Notes: generated from the letters alone by a model not told the origin. Shown: positions 1 to 21,469, numbered from the stretch's first letter. The stretch: 64,000 bases of DNA from Mycobacteriales bacterium (GCA_038244615.1 JBBRTH010000018.1:10461-74460); one strand, 5' to 3'. Made by a program: numbers and translations.

Positions 1-96
1 CACATGCGGCTCGGTGAATTGAACGCCGAGCTGAACGAGTTGATCGCCCGCAAGGAGTCCCTCGAGGAGGAGTGGCTCGAATTGGCCGAGGACTAG
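1..96 (+). CDS. 3' end (partial) of a probable ABC-F family ATP-binding protein
   Basis: Frame 1 reads HMRLGELNAELNELIARKESLEEEWLELAED*, a coiled-coil ending in EEEWLEL typical of the ABC-F/Uup C-terminal domain; truncated by the window edge. Confidence 0.6.
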   Translation, partial: HMRLGELNAELNELIARKESLEEEWLELAED

Positions 97-1439
97 CGCC
101 AGCCCTCCGCTGAGGGAAGGGCACCCTCGGATACCGCGGTGGCGAACTGGCGGTGATCGCGCTCGTTCTGGTCGGCGTACGCCGAGGCGAACGTGACGAC
201 CGCCGTCTCCACCCGGTCGCTGGTGCCCAGGTAGTCAGCAATGGCTGCAGCATCGCCGCTGCGGGCGTGCGCCCGCGCGAGCACCTCACCGCACAGCCCC
301 GCGAAGTCAGACAACCGGTCGGCGATCGTCTCCCCCTTGGGAATGACCTTGCCGTCGCGGAACTGCCGGACGTAGTAGTCGTTGCCCTCGATGGTGGTCC
401 AACCGACGAACATGTCGGTGGCGCTCTGAATCAACCTCTGGCCGTTGATGACACGCTGACCGTGGTGGGTGTACTCACTGCGCTCGGCGAACTGCTCGTA
501 CACCGATGGGCCCGCTTGCTTGATCTGCAGGAAGAACGGATCGCGGGTGCGCTGTTCCTCGAGCAGTACGAGGTAGACCCGCATCCCGACGCTGCCCACG
601 CCGACGACCTGCCGGACGGAGTCGGCGAGGTCGAATCGCGTCAACAGGCTCCACACGTGATCCGGCAGCGAGTCACGGTAGGCGAGGAAGATCTCGTCGG
701 GATCGGCATCCGCTTCGCCGAACGCGTGGGTGCGTAACGGTGGATCCTCGACGATCCTGCGACGACCGTCGACGACGGTGGTCATCTTCTTGGACGCCCC
801 ACGGCTGGTGCGCTTTCGCAACTGCGAGTCGAGTTGGCTGCCCACTTCGTGTGCGTCGTCGGGCGCCAGGTACTTCAGTAGGTCGTCGACAACGATCTTG
901 TCGTACCAGATGTCGATCTCCGGCATCGACGCATAGCGGTGCATTCGCGCCGAGTAGCCGCGATAGGACGCAGAGACGGCCTGGCGACCAACGGATTCGG
1001 GCAGCCCGTGCGTGCGGGCCAGCACGACCAGCGATGCCGCCAGTCGTTTGACGTCCCACTCGAAGGGGCCGGGTAGCGTCTCGTCGAAGTCACGAAGATC
1101 GAAGGACACGTTGCGCTCGGGCGTGTTCCACAGGCCGAAGTTGAGGACGTGCGCGTCGCCGCACAGTTGGACGGTGATACCGGTGTTCGGGGTCGAGGCA
1201 AGATCTGCCGCCATCACCGCGGCGGCTCCACGAAAGTACGTCCACGGCGAGGCGGCCATCCGACCGTGCCGGATCGGCAACAGGTCCTGCGCACGAATCG
1301 CGTTCTGCGCCAGAACCGTCGCCAACGCATCGTGCCCGCGAGCGTCGGGATCCCAGGCCGCAATGCCGCGCCGCGGCACCACCTTCCTGGCCGCGCGCCC
1401 ATCTCCGTTGTAGCTGCTGCGACTCGAGAGGGGCGACAT
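93..1439 (-). CDS. DUF2252 family protein
   Basis: Motifs RHGRMAASPWTYFRGAAAVMAADL, CGDAHVLNFG, FDLRDFDE, GPFEWDVKRLAAS, GVGSVG. Confidence 0.85.
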   Translation of the reverse strand: MSPLSSRSSYNGDGRAARKVVPRRGIAAWDPDARGHDALATVLAQNAIRAQDLLPIRHGRMAASPWTYFRGAAAVMAADLASTPNTGITVQLCGDAHVLNFGLWNTPERNVSFDLRDFDETLPGPFEWDVKRLAASLVVLARTHGLPESVGRQAVSASYRGYSARMHRYASMPEIDIWYDKIVVDDLLKYLAPDDAHEVGSQLDSQLRKRTSRGASKKMTTVVDGRRRIVEDPPLRTHAFGEADADPDEIFLAYRDSLPDHVWSLLTRFDLADSVRQVVGVGSVGMRVYLVLLEEQRTRDPFFLQIKQAGPSVYEQFAERSEYTHHGQRVINGQRLIQSATDMFVGWTTIEGNDYYVRQFRDGKVIPKGETIADRLSDFAGLCGEVLARAHARSGDAAAIADYLGTSDRVETAVVTFASAYADQNERDHRQFATAVSEGALPSAEGWR

Positions 1440-1448
1440 CGATCAAGA

Positions 1449-4142
<2,694 letters not shown>

Positions 4143-4155
4143 TGAATCGATCTCC

Positions 4156-6807
<2,652 letters not shown>

Positions 6808-6811
<4 letters not shown>

Positions 6812-7724
6812 ATCCTCACCTTCGTTCCCGATCCTTCGTCTGTGAACAGCTCGACCAACACGCAGTGTTCCACCCGGCCGTCAATCACGTGGGCACTGGG
6901 GACGCCCCCCGCGACGGCGCGCAGACACGCCTCGACCTTGGGCACCATGCCCGACTCCAGCGACGGCAGCAGTCCCGTCAGCGTCGTGACGTCGATCTCG
7001 CTGACCAGCGAGGAGCGGTCGGGCCAGTCGGTGTAGAGACCCTCGACGTCGGTGAGCATCAACAGTTTCTCGGCCGATAGTGCCTCGGCCAGGGCGGCCG
7101 CCGCGGTGTCGGCGTTGATGTTGTGGACCACGCCCGCCACATCGGGCGCGATCGTCGAGATCACCGGAATGCGTTCCGCAGCAATGAGATCCACCACGAC
7201 CCTGGTGTCGACCGTCTCGACATCGCCGACCAGGCCGATGTCGGTGGCCACCCCGTCGACGAGCACACTGCGTCGCACCGCGGTGAACAGCTGGGCGTCC
7301 TCACCGGTGATGCCGACGGCGTAGGGCCCGTGAGCGTTGATGAGGCCGACGAGTTCACGGCCGACCTGACCGAACAGCACCATCCGGGCGACGTCGAGGA
7401 CTTCCGGTGTCGTCACGCGAAATCCGCCCTTGAAGTCCCCGGCGATGTCGAGCTTCTTCAGCATGGCGCTGATCTGCGGGCCGCCCCCGTGCACGACGAC
7501 CGGATGGATGCCGCAGTTGCGCAGGAACACCATGTCCGCGGCGAAGGCCGCCTTGAGGACGTCGTCGGTCATGGCGTTGCCGCCGTACTTGACGACGACG
7601 ATCTTGCCGTGGAGTTGCTTGAGCCACGGCAGAGCCTCGGCGAGCACCTGCGCCGCATTTGGATGCTCTTCGCGCATGCGCTCATCGGCGGTTGGATGCT
7701 CTTCGCGCAAGCGCTCATCGGCAT

Positions 7725-7728
<4 letters not shown>
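6808..7728 (-). CDS. argB: acetylglutamate kinase
   Basis: [24 protein letters not shown]; GTG at 7728 overlaps the argJ TGA; N-terminus made of two 10-aa repeats. Confidence 0.95.
7660..7722. repeat. two tandem 30-bp MIRU-like units inside the argB 5' end
   Basis: Minus strand GCCGATGAGCGC(T/A)TGCGCGAAGAGCATCCA twice, encoding ADER(L/M)REEHP. Confidence 0.85.
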
Positions 7729-13580
<5,852 letters not shown>

Positions 13581-13599
13581 CTACCCTCACGCCGTGATC

Positions 13600-15177
13600 A
13601 TGCGATCCGTGATCGTTGCAGGTGTCTGGATCGTCGCCGTGCTCGCCGTACTGGCGGCCGCGTTCGTGTCCTGGTGGTGGACGGTGCCCGCGCTCGTACT
13701 GGTGGCTCTGGCTGCGCTGGGGACCTGGGACCTCGTGCAGACCAGGCACACGATCCTGCGGGTGTATCCGATCCTCGGTCACGTCCGCTTCCTGATGGAG
13801 ATGCTCCGTCCGGAGATCAGGCAGTACTTCATCGAATCGAACACCGAGGCGACGCCCTTCGACCGGGAAACCCGCGACCTGGTGTACGAACGGGCGAAGG
13901 GCACCAAGGGGGACGAGCCGTTCGGCACCGAGCGCGACGTCAATGCCGTCGGCTACGAGTTCCTTCGCCACTCCATTCGAGCCCGCTTCGCCGAGACCCT
14001 CGATCCCAGGGTGCGCCTCGGCGGACCTGACTGCGCGCAGCCTTATGACATGGCGATGCTCAACGTCTCGGCGATGAGCTTCGGCGCGCTGTCCGCCAAC
14101 GCCATCGAGGCCCTGAGCGCGGGTGCGGCACGCGGCGGGTTCGCCCACGACACCGGCGAGGGCGGCATCAGCCCGTATCACCTGCGCGGCGGGGGCGATC
14201 TGATCTGGGAGATCGGCTCGGGGTACTTCGGATGCCGCGACGCCGACGGCCGCTTCGATCCGGTGGCGTTCGGCGAGAAGTCGAGGATGCCGTCGGTCAA
14301 GGCAATCTCGATCAAGCTGTCCCAAGGCGCCAAACCCGGACTCGGCGGAGTGTTACCCGGTGCCAAGGTCAGCGCCGAGATCGCCGCCACGCGCGGCGTC
14401 CCGATCGGGAAGACGGTCATCTCGCCGCCATCGCACAACGCGTTCAGTACGCCGACGGAGTTCACGGCCTTCATCGCGACCCTGCGACTACTGTCGGGCG
14501 GCAAGCCGGTCGGCTTCAAGCTGTGCATCGGCGCGCGCACGGAGTTCCTGTCCATCTGCAAGGCCATTCTGGCGACCGGAATCGCCCCGGACTTCATCAT
14601 CGTGGACGGTGGCGAGGGTGGCACCGGAGCGGCTCCGCAGGAGTTCGAGGACCACGTGGGGATGCCGCTGACCGAGGGCCTGATGCTGGTGCAGAACAGC
14701 CTGGTCGGCACCGGCCTGCGTGACCGCATCCGCATCGGCGCGTCGGGCAAGGTGGCCAGCGGCGTCGACGTCGTCAGCCGGGTATGCCAAGGCGCTGACT
14801 TCCTGATGTCGGCGCGCGCGATGATGTTCGCCGTCGGGTGCATTCAGGCCCTCAAGTGCAACACCAACCGCTGCCCCACCGGCGTCGCCACGCAGGACCC
14901 GTCCCGGACCCGCGCGCTCGACGTCCCCGACAAGACGACGCGGGTGTTCAACTATCAGCGTGCGACCGTCGCCAGTGCCGCACAGATCGTCGCCTCGATG
15001 GGACTCGACGGATTTCACGAACTCTCGCCGGCGATGCTGAACCGCCGCATCGAGGGCCAGCGCACCCAGACCTACGCCGAGATCTACGACTGGCTGATGC
15101 CCGGTGAACTGCTCGAGGACCCCCCAGAAGCGTGGTGCTCGGACTGGATCGAGGCATCCGCCGATCAATTCCGTTGA
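13600..15177 (+). CDS. FMN-binding glutamate synthase family protein with N-terminal membrane segment
   Basis: DTGEGG, IKLSQGAKPG.GG.LPG.KV, VDGGEGGTGAAP, GCIQALKCNTNRCPTGVATQD (3Fe-4S Cys cluster). Confidence 0.9.
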   Translation: MRSVIVAGVWIVAVLAVLAAAFVSWWWTVPALVLVALAALGTWDLVQTRHTILRVYPILGHVRFLMEMLRPEIRQYFIESNTEATPFDRETRDLVYERAKGTKGDEPFGTERDVNAVGYEFLRHSIRARFAETLDPRVRLGGPDCAQPYDMAMLNVSAMSFGALSANAIEALSAGAARGGFAHDTGEGGISPYHLRGGGDLIWEIGSGYFGCRDADGRFDPVAFGEKSRMPSVKAISIKLSQGAKPGLGGVLPGAKVSAEIAATRGVPIGKTVISPPSHNAFSTPTEFTAFIATLRLLSGGKPVGFKLCIGARTEFLSICKAILATGIAPDFIIVDGGEGGTGAAPQEFEDHVGMPLTEGLMLVQNSLVGTGLRDRIRIGASGKVASGVDVVSRVCQGADFLMSARAMMFAVGCIQALKCNTNRCPTGVATQDPSRTRALDVPDKTTRVFNYQRATVASAAQIVASMGLDGFHELSPAMLNRRIEGQRTQTYAEIYDWLMPGELLEDPPEAWCSDWIEASADQFR

Positions 15178-15614
15178 GGGCGTTGGTGATTGAGGAGACG
15201 TTCGGCGTCTACGCGTCGCGCCTGGGCTTCGGCACGGGTGATGCCCCGCCTTTGGCATGGTCAGGCCGGTGGCCGTTGGAATCGCGCCCTTCGCCGCTGA
15301 CACAGCAGCTGTCGGTGCGCACAACCGCGGGAAGATCAGCAGGCTGCCCGGCCGGGTTGTGTACGTCTGGCCGCCCGGCGCCCACCACGCGACGGTGCCG
15401 TCGGGCTGCTGTTCGTCGTACCGGCCGCCCGGTCCCGACCAAGATGTCGTCAGCAGGTGATGATGGCGACTGGCCGAAGGGCGCTTAGCCTCCGATGGAT
15501 GACTCAGCCGCTGGATCGCCGTGCTGACGTTGTGTCAGGCTGCCAGGTGCCACGACATGCTCAGGCTTGCGATACAGAAGTCGATCCGGTTCTTGATCTA
15601 CCTACGCTCATTCC

Positions 15615-16088
15615 ATGTCGGGTATTCGTGGTCGGGGTTCGTTCGGAGCAAGCCCACTGGCGGTATGGGCGATCAAGCATGTGGTGGCACCCGTGCACCG
15701 CTGGGTCTACCGCCGCACCGGCGGACGGATGTTCCGGTGTGGCGGCCTGAACCGCAACATTCTGTTGTTGACCACCACGGGCCGCAAGACGGGCAGGTCC
15801 CGCACGACTCCGGTGTTCTTCCTTCGCGATTCCGATCGGCTCGTCGTTTGCAACGTCAAGCCCGATTCCGAACGCACGAACCCCTGGGTCTTGAATCTGC
15901 GTGCCAATCCAACGGCCACAGTCCAAGTCGGCTCTGATGTCATCACGTGCGAAGCGTGCGAGCTTCACGGCCCCGAACTAGATCGCTACTGGCCGCAATT
16001 GGTCGAACTGTGGCCCGCCTACCGCGACCATTACCGGCGCAGTGGTGAGCGAGCAATATTCATGCTCGAACCTCGCGGTGAAGCGTAA
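15615..16088 (+). CDS. deazaflavin (F420)-dependent nitroreductase family protein (Ddn-like)
   Basis: LLLTTTGRKTGRSRTTPV, PWVLNLRANP, WPAYRDHYRRS.ER motifs. Confidence 0.85.
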   Translation: MSGIRGRGSFGASPLAVWAIKHVVAPVHRWVYRRTGGRMFRCGGLNRNILLLTTTGRKTGRSRTTPVFFLRDSDRLVVCNVKPDSERTNPWVLNLRANPTATVQVGSDVITCEACELHGPELDRYWPQLVELWPAYRDHYRRSGERAIFMLEPRGEA

Positions 16089-16151
16089 GGAGTAATTGCG
16101 CTGCAATTGTGCTGCCCTGCCGTTGAACTGTTCATGCAGTGATGTCGACGG

Positions 16152-17033
16152 CTAAGCGAAGGACTTCTTTAGGGCGGCCACGGTCGCGCACATGGCTCTC
16201 CGAGATTGCGTCGGCCCCACAATCCTCAGGCTGCTTGCGAACCCCAGGGACCCGGCCTGTGGATGAATCGGCGACTGTGGATAGCCCTGGTCGACCTCGG
16301 GTAGCCCCCGCCGTGCCCTCAGAAGCGTGACGACCGTGCCCTGCAAACCCCCGGCGAGGCCGGAGGCAGCGGCCAGGGGCAGAACGCCATCAGTGCCGGA
16401 GAGCACGACGAACCCGAACGGGGCAGCGACGGCCAACAACAGCGCGAGCGGCCACGTCCACCGCCGCGGCGTCCCGAAGCGCGTCGCCACCACCATGCCC
16501 AGAATCAGTGCCATCAGGTGCCCGACGTCGGTGAAGTCCGTGCCGACGGTGACCACCGCCACCGCTGCGGCGAGCCACCACCCGATCCACGTCAGACGCC
16601 AACTACGGGGGCCGGGGTGAGGGCCCCGAGCACGGCCGTCGCGCCATAGCTCATGCCGACGTCGGTCGCCTTGGCGACGCTGACCGGCAGCCAACCGTTC
16701 GTCACGGCCGCCGTGAGCCCGACGGCTACGAGCAGCGTGGCACCCACGTGCCCACCACGAACGCCACCATCAGCCGCCCGCTGCGCCACAGCAGTTCGCC
16801 CAGGCCGGGCAGCCAGGAGACGACCGGCCCGGCATCGACGACGAATGCGCTGCCGAGCAAGGTGCCGACGTGCCCGTGACTGAGGTTGTGCAGATTGGTA
16901 CTTGCGTGCTGGATCACCCGGTCCTGGAGGCCGGGCCGAGTTTAAGCAATGTGGTCGTGACGGCGACCAGGACGACGGCATAGCTCACCGTGACCCGAAT
17001 GCGGGCCACCCGAGACGACATTGCGAAGAACAT
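16152..17033 (-). pseudogene. frameshifted rhomboid-like membrane protein (Rv1648 position)
   Basis: Consecutive pieces RVTVSYAVVL / HASTNLHNLSHGHVGTLLGSAFV / GHVGATLLVAVGL..DVGMSYG / WIGWWLAAA..DFTDVGH lie in four different frames; breaks near 16929, 16752 and 16610. Confidence 0.75.
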
Positions 17034-17041
17034 CGGGACCA

Positions 17042-17944
17042 CTATGCCCCCGACGCCTCTTCCTCGACGTCCTCTGAACCTGGCAGACCCCTGCGAGGCT
17101 TCACCGAGTACATGGTGAGATCGTCGGGAACGCCGGTCACTCTCGCCGAGAACAGTTGCTTGCGTACGCGTTTGACCGTGATGCCCAATGATTCGAAGTC
17201 CTCGTCCGAGATACCCGCGAGGGTGACGTTGGACACGACCAGCCCGCCCCGGGTGGCGCGGTCCATGACACGCGCGGCCACGTTGACGTCGACTCCGAGC
17301 CAATCCGAACCGATGCGCTGCGGCCGGCCGGTGTGGATGCCTGCCCGCATCATTGGCGTATAGCCGCCCACCTCAACGGATTTGACGGCTTCCAGTGAGT
17401 TCAGAACCGCGCCCACCGCGGTTGCGGGATCGGCGAAGACCGCCATCGCGCCGTCGCCCATCCGTTTGACGATGTGTCCACCGGCCTCCAGAAGCGGCGG
17501 TTCCGTTACCTGGGTGACGCGCCGGACCAGTGTCAGCGCGGCGTCGTCCCCGGCACGAAGCGACCAGTCCGAGAACCCGACGAGATCGGTGAACACCAGC
17601 GTGACCTCAGGGCTCGCCCGTCGACCGGAGACCCGCTCCGTGAGGGCCTGCCACACCTGCAGACCCGCCAGGCTCACCTCCCGCGAGGCCGCGTAGCGGT
17701 CAAGGATGCGGTCGGCGGCACGCGCAACTGCCCGCGGTCCGCCAACGCCGGCCGCGGACAAGGGATCCCCGAAGTCCGGATCACCGGGCAGGGCCCGACG
17801 AGCACGCCTCACGAAGGCGATGAAACCGGGATTGTGGTTGCCGATCTTCAGCCACGATAGCGGGCCCCCGGGACTGTGGCCGGACCGTTCCCCGAACGAT
17901 TCGCCATCCACGACGGCCAGCCTAGGTGTCGCGTCTGAGGGCAA
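17042..17944 (-). CDS. class III adenylate/guanylate cyclase (Rv1647-like)
   Basis: VTLVFTDLVGFS, IVKRMGDGAMAVF, RAGIHTG, DWLGVDVNVAARV; start uncertain (TTG 17944 or a GTG slightly downstream). Confidence 0.9.
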   Translation of the reverse strand: MPSDATPRLAVVDGESFGERSGHSPGGPLSWLKIGNHNPGFIAFVRRARRALPGDPDFGDPLSAAGVGGPRAVARAADRILDRYAASREVSLAGLQVWQALTERVSGRRASPEVTLVFTDLVGFSDWSLRAGDDAALTLVRRVTQVTEPPLLEAGGHIVKRMGDGAMAVFADPATAVGAVLNSLEAVKSVEVGGYTPMMRAGIHTGRPQRIGSDWLGVDVNVAARVMDRATRGGLVVSNVTLAGISDEDFESLGITVKRVRKQLFSARVTGVPDDLTMYSVKPRRGLPGSEDVEEEASGA

Positions 17945-18197
17945 GCAATCACCGCCGCCCGGCCTGGGGGCCCAGCACGACGAAGCCGCTGGTCGGCTGA
18001 CCTTGACCGCAGGTCCTGGGACATTGCTCACAGCAATACCGCTCGACCCGTGGGTGGGCCGATGCCATCGCGTTGCGTCGACAACGCCTGCCGTCGCCCG
18101 TGCCACGTGCACCTGTCCAAATATCTGCAGGTCACGACGGCGTAGCCGGCAGATGCGCGCGGGATACCGATGCGTAGCGCGCCGCCGAACAATGGTG

Positions 18198-18213
18198 GAC
18201 AACGGGTGTTGTC
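18198..18213. promoter_or_regulatory. palindromic operator (TetR-like) upstream of the mpaB-family/acyl-CoA dehydrogenase unit
   Basis: Perfect GACAAC-GGGT-GTTGTC, followed by TACTTT (-10-like) at 18219-18224. Confidence 0.5.
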
Positions 18214-18264
18214 ACGAATACTTTCGGCGGACGACCCGTGGGCTTGAAACTGCGCGAGGACACG

Positions 18265-18972
18265 ATGACCGCGAGATCAACGACGACCGCCGATCCACTC
18301 GGCCCCCATTTTTTGACGTGGAAGTACTTCGGCGACCGCCGCACGGGGATGCTGGGCGTCTGGATCGCGCCATCCAGAACATGTACCCAGAATCGGCGCA
18401 GGCGTCGAAGGACCATTCGATCCTGCTGCGGGAGCCGCTGCAGCGGGTCGCCAGGTCGGTCTGCCGATCATGGGCGTGGCGTATGACGGCGACCGCGTCC
18501 AGCGGTACCGGACTTCTTCTCGATTCGGATCCCCAAGCCGTGGTTCGTCGCGATGCCGACCCCGGTGTGGGACCTGCTGTTCAAGCCGCCAGCGGTCGAT
18601 CGCCGCCGGCCTCGTCGACCCTGCGGTCCGCGAGAAGGCCGGCATGCGCTGGACACCCAGTGACGAGGTGGTGCTGCGGCTGTTCGGAAAGCTGGTGCAG
18701 ATGGCGTTCGTAGCCATTCCCGACGAAATACGGCTCCACCCAGGGGAATTGGCGGCCCACAAGCGATCTTCCGGTCGCTCCCCGTCGATGCCCCACTGGT
18801 CGAGCCGCCGGGCTTCATGGGTCCCCCACGCAATCGTAGGGGATTGCCCGTGCACTATGTGCCTGGTGGCAAGTCGATGATCGAACGTGCCGGATCCCTG
18901 GTGCAACCCACGTTCTCCCTCGCTGGCCTGCGCCCGGCGCGCGGTCGGCACAAGCCCGGAAAGGCAGCCTGA
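18265..18972 (+). pseudogene. degraded oxygenase MpaB / DUF2236 family gene
   Basis: LTWKYFGD.RTG, QNMYP, HSILLREPLQRVARS, GLVDPAVREKAGMRWTPSDE pieces in several frames, with a large internal deletion after YDGDR. Confidence 0.7.
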
Positions 18973-18976
18973 ACAC

Positions 18977-20221
18977 ATGCTCGAATGGTCAGACGTCGAC
19001 ATCGCCGTGCGCGATGCGGTCCGTGAGTTCGTCGACAAGGAGATCCGGCCGCACGTCGACGACCTCGAGAGCGGCGAGATGGCGCCCTATCCGATCATCC
19101 GCAAACTGTTCTCGGCCTTCGGCATCGACGTCATGGCCAAGGAGTCGTTGGAGAGGCGACTGGCCAAGATGCGCGACGGCGGGAGTTCGTCCGATAGTTC
19201 TACGTCCGGTGGCGTGTTCGGTGGTGGCGGCGAACAGGCGGGCATGGGCTTCGTGCTGATCAGCGAGCTGTGCCGGGTCAGCATGGGCGTGGTGACGGGA
19301 ATGGGTGTCAGCCTGGGCCTGACGGTTCCGACGATCGCATCGCGCGGCACGCTGGCACAGCAGGAACGCTGGCTTCCCGGCCTCGTCACCTACGAGAAGG
19401 TCGGCGCATGGGCGATCACCGAGCCGGACTCGGGTTCCGATGCGTTCGGCGGCATGAAGTCCTACGTCGTGCGCGACGGGGACGACTACATCCTCAACGG
19501 GCAGAAGACGTTCATCACCAACGGTCCGGACGCCGACGTGACGGTCATCTATGCGAAGCTGGATGAGGGCGATCCGGCAGTCAGCAAGCGGGACCGCAAG
19601 GTTCTGACGTTCGTCCTCGACAAGGGCATGGACGGATTCGTTCAGTCAAAGCCCCTCCGCAAGATGGGTATTCACAGCTCGCGGACCGGTGAACTGTTCT
19701 TCAACGAGGTACGCCTCGGCCGCGATCGACTGCTGGGCGAGGCCGAGGACAACGAGAAGGGCGACGGCCGCGACAGCGCCCGCTCGAACTTCTCCGCCGA
19801 GCGCATCGGCGTCGCCGCGATGGCGCTCGGGGTGATCGAGGAATGTCTGCGCCTGTCCGTCGACTACGCCAAGTCGCGCACGCTGTGGGGTCGGGAGATC
19901 GGCCAGTTCCAGCTCATCCAGCTCAAACTGGCGAACATGGAAGTGGCACGAATGAATGTGCGCAACATGCTGTTCCGTGTCATCGAAGCTTTGCAAGCGG
20001 GCACGCCGATCTCACTACCCGAGGCGTCGGCGATGAAGTGGTACTGCTCGCAAGCCGCCACCGACGTTGCCATGGAGGCGATCCAGTTATTCGGCGGAAA
20101 CGGTTACATGACCGAGTATCGCATCGAACAACTGGCCCGCGACGCCAAGTCGCTGATGATCTATGCCGGGAGCAACGAAGTCCAGATCACCCACGTCGCA
20201 CGGGGACTACTTAGCGGCTAG
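18977..20221 (+). CDS. acyl-CoA dehydrogenase (FadE family)
   Basis: WAITEPDSGSDA, LNGQKTFITNG, RKMGIHSS.TGEL, QLFGGNGY, IYAGSNEVQ. Confidence 0.95.
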   Translation: MLEWSDVDIAVRDAVREFVDKEIRPHVDDLESGEMAPYPIIRKLFSAFGIDVMAKESLERRLAKMRDGGSSSDSSTSGGVFGGGGEQAGMGFVLISELCRVSMGVVTGMGVSLGLTVPTIASRGTLAQQERWLPGLVTYEKVGAWAITEPDSGSDAFGGMKSYVVRDGDDYILNGQKTFITNGPDADVTVIYAKLDEGDPAVSKRDRKVLTFVLDKGMDGFVQSKPLRKMGIHSSRTGELFFNEVRLGRDRLLGEAEDNEKGDGRDSARSNFSAERIGVAAMALGVIEECLRLSVDYAKSRTLWGREIGQFQLIQLKLANMEVARMNVRNMLFRVIEALQAGTPISLPEASAMKWYCSQAATDVAMEAIQLFGGNGYMTEYRIEQLARDAKSLMIYAGSNEVQITHVARGLLSG

Positions 20222-20951
20222 CGCGCGCACTTTCATACAGGCAGATCGCGGCTGCCGCAGCGACGTTGAGGCTCTCGGCGCTCCCCGACATCGGGATGCG
20301 TACCCGGGCGTCGGCAAGCGCGGCGACATCGGGCGCCAGTCCGTGGGCCTCGGCGCCGAACAGCCAGGCGGTGGGTACCGACAGGTCTGCGTCGTCGAGG
20401 GACAGTTCGCCATCGAGGGTGGTAGCCAAGACACGCAGGCCCGCGGTGCGTAGATCGTCGACCAACGCTGCAGTATCGGCCACTTCGAGTACCGGCAACG
20501 CGAAGATGCTGCCGGCGGACGCGCGCAGGCACTTGCCGTTGTAGGGATCGACACTGTGCCCGGCCAGGACCACAGCATCGGCGCCCATGGCGTCGGCGAG
20601 TCGGATCAGCGTGCCGGCGTTTCCGGGCTCGGAAGTCTCGACGGCCACGGCGACCAGACACGGCGAGTTCGCCAACACGTCGTCCAGGCTCGGCGTCGGC
20701 ATGGCGCATACCGCGACCAGTCCAACGGGAGTCACCGTGTCGGACAACGACTTCGCCGCCTTGTCGGTGACGAAATGAACGGGCGTCGAGCGCAGGAGCC
20801 CGTCGAATCGGCTGTGCGCGGACTCCGTCACATAGACGTCGGTGACCAGTCCGCGTGCCAACGCGGCCTCGACCATGTTCGAGCCTTCGGCCAGGAACAG
20901 GCCGGTACGTTTACGACCCACATGGCGGAGCAGCTTGGCTGCCGCGACCAC
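20211..20951 (-). CDS. tsnR: TrmH/SpoU family RNA methyltransferase (Rv1644-like)
   Basis: FLAEG, EPGNAGTLIRLADAMG, LRASAGS, FGAEAHGL, ESLNVAAA; first canonical start GTG 20951, similarity extends to about 20975. Confidence 0.88.
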   Translation of the reverse strand: MVAAAKLLRHVGRKRTGLFLAEGSNMVEAALARGLVTDVYVTESAHSRFDGLLRSTPVHFVTDKAAKSLSDTVTPVGLVAVCAMPTPSLDDVLANSPCLVAVAVETSEPGNAGTLIRLADAMGADAVVLAGHSVDPYNGKCLRASAGSIFALPVLEVADTAALVDDLRTAGLRVLATTLDGELSLDDADLSVPTAWLFGAEAHGLAPDVAALADARVRIPMSGSAESLNVAAAAAICLYESARASR

Positions 20952-20980
20952 GCGGGCCGAACGTTCGGTGAGCGCTGTCC

Positions 20981-21078
20981 CGATTCCCCGGTCGCTGCGC
21001 TCCTGCTCTCCGTCGGAGCCGATTCCCCGGACGCTGCGCCCTCCCCCGCAAGTGGGGGGACCCCCAGCCCCGCCGGGA
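20981..21078. repeat. composite REP-like cluster between rplT and tsnR
   Basis: Two copies of GATTCCCCGG(T/A)CGCTGCGC and a GC hairpin tcccccgc-aa-gtggggga. Confidence 0.7.
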
Positions 21079-21079
21079 C

Positions 21080-21469
21080 TCAGGCGGCCTCGCCTGACGG
21101 GGCGTTGACGTCCTCGGGAAGAGCGGCCCTGGCGACCTCGACCAGCGCCATGAACGCGGCCTCGTCGCTGATGGCGATCTCGGACAGGTTCTTGCGGTCG
21201 ACCTCGACGCCAGCCAACTTCAGGCCCTGGATCAGCCGATTGTAGGTGATGCCGTTGGCGCGGGCCGCAGCGTTGATCCGGGTGATCCACAGCTTGCGGA
21301 AGTCGCCCTTGCGGGCCTTGCGGTCGCGGTAGGCATAGGTCAACGAATGGAGCTGCTGCTCCTTGGCCTTGCGATAGAGGCGCGACCGCTGGCCGCGGTA
21401 GCCCTTCGAGGCCTTCAGTACGGTACGCCGCTTCTTGTGGGCGTTGAGTGCGCGCTTCACGCGTGCCAT
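21080..21469 (-). CDS. rplT: 50S ribosomal protein L20
   Basis: [40 protein letters not shown]. Confidence 0.99.
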   Translation of the reverse strand: MARVKRALNAHKKRRTVLKASKGYRGQRSRLYRKAKEQQLHSLTYAYRDRKARKGDFRKLWITRINAAARANGITYNRLIQGLKLAGVEVDRKNLSEIAISDEAAFMALVEVARAALPEDVNAPSGEAA

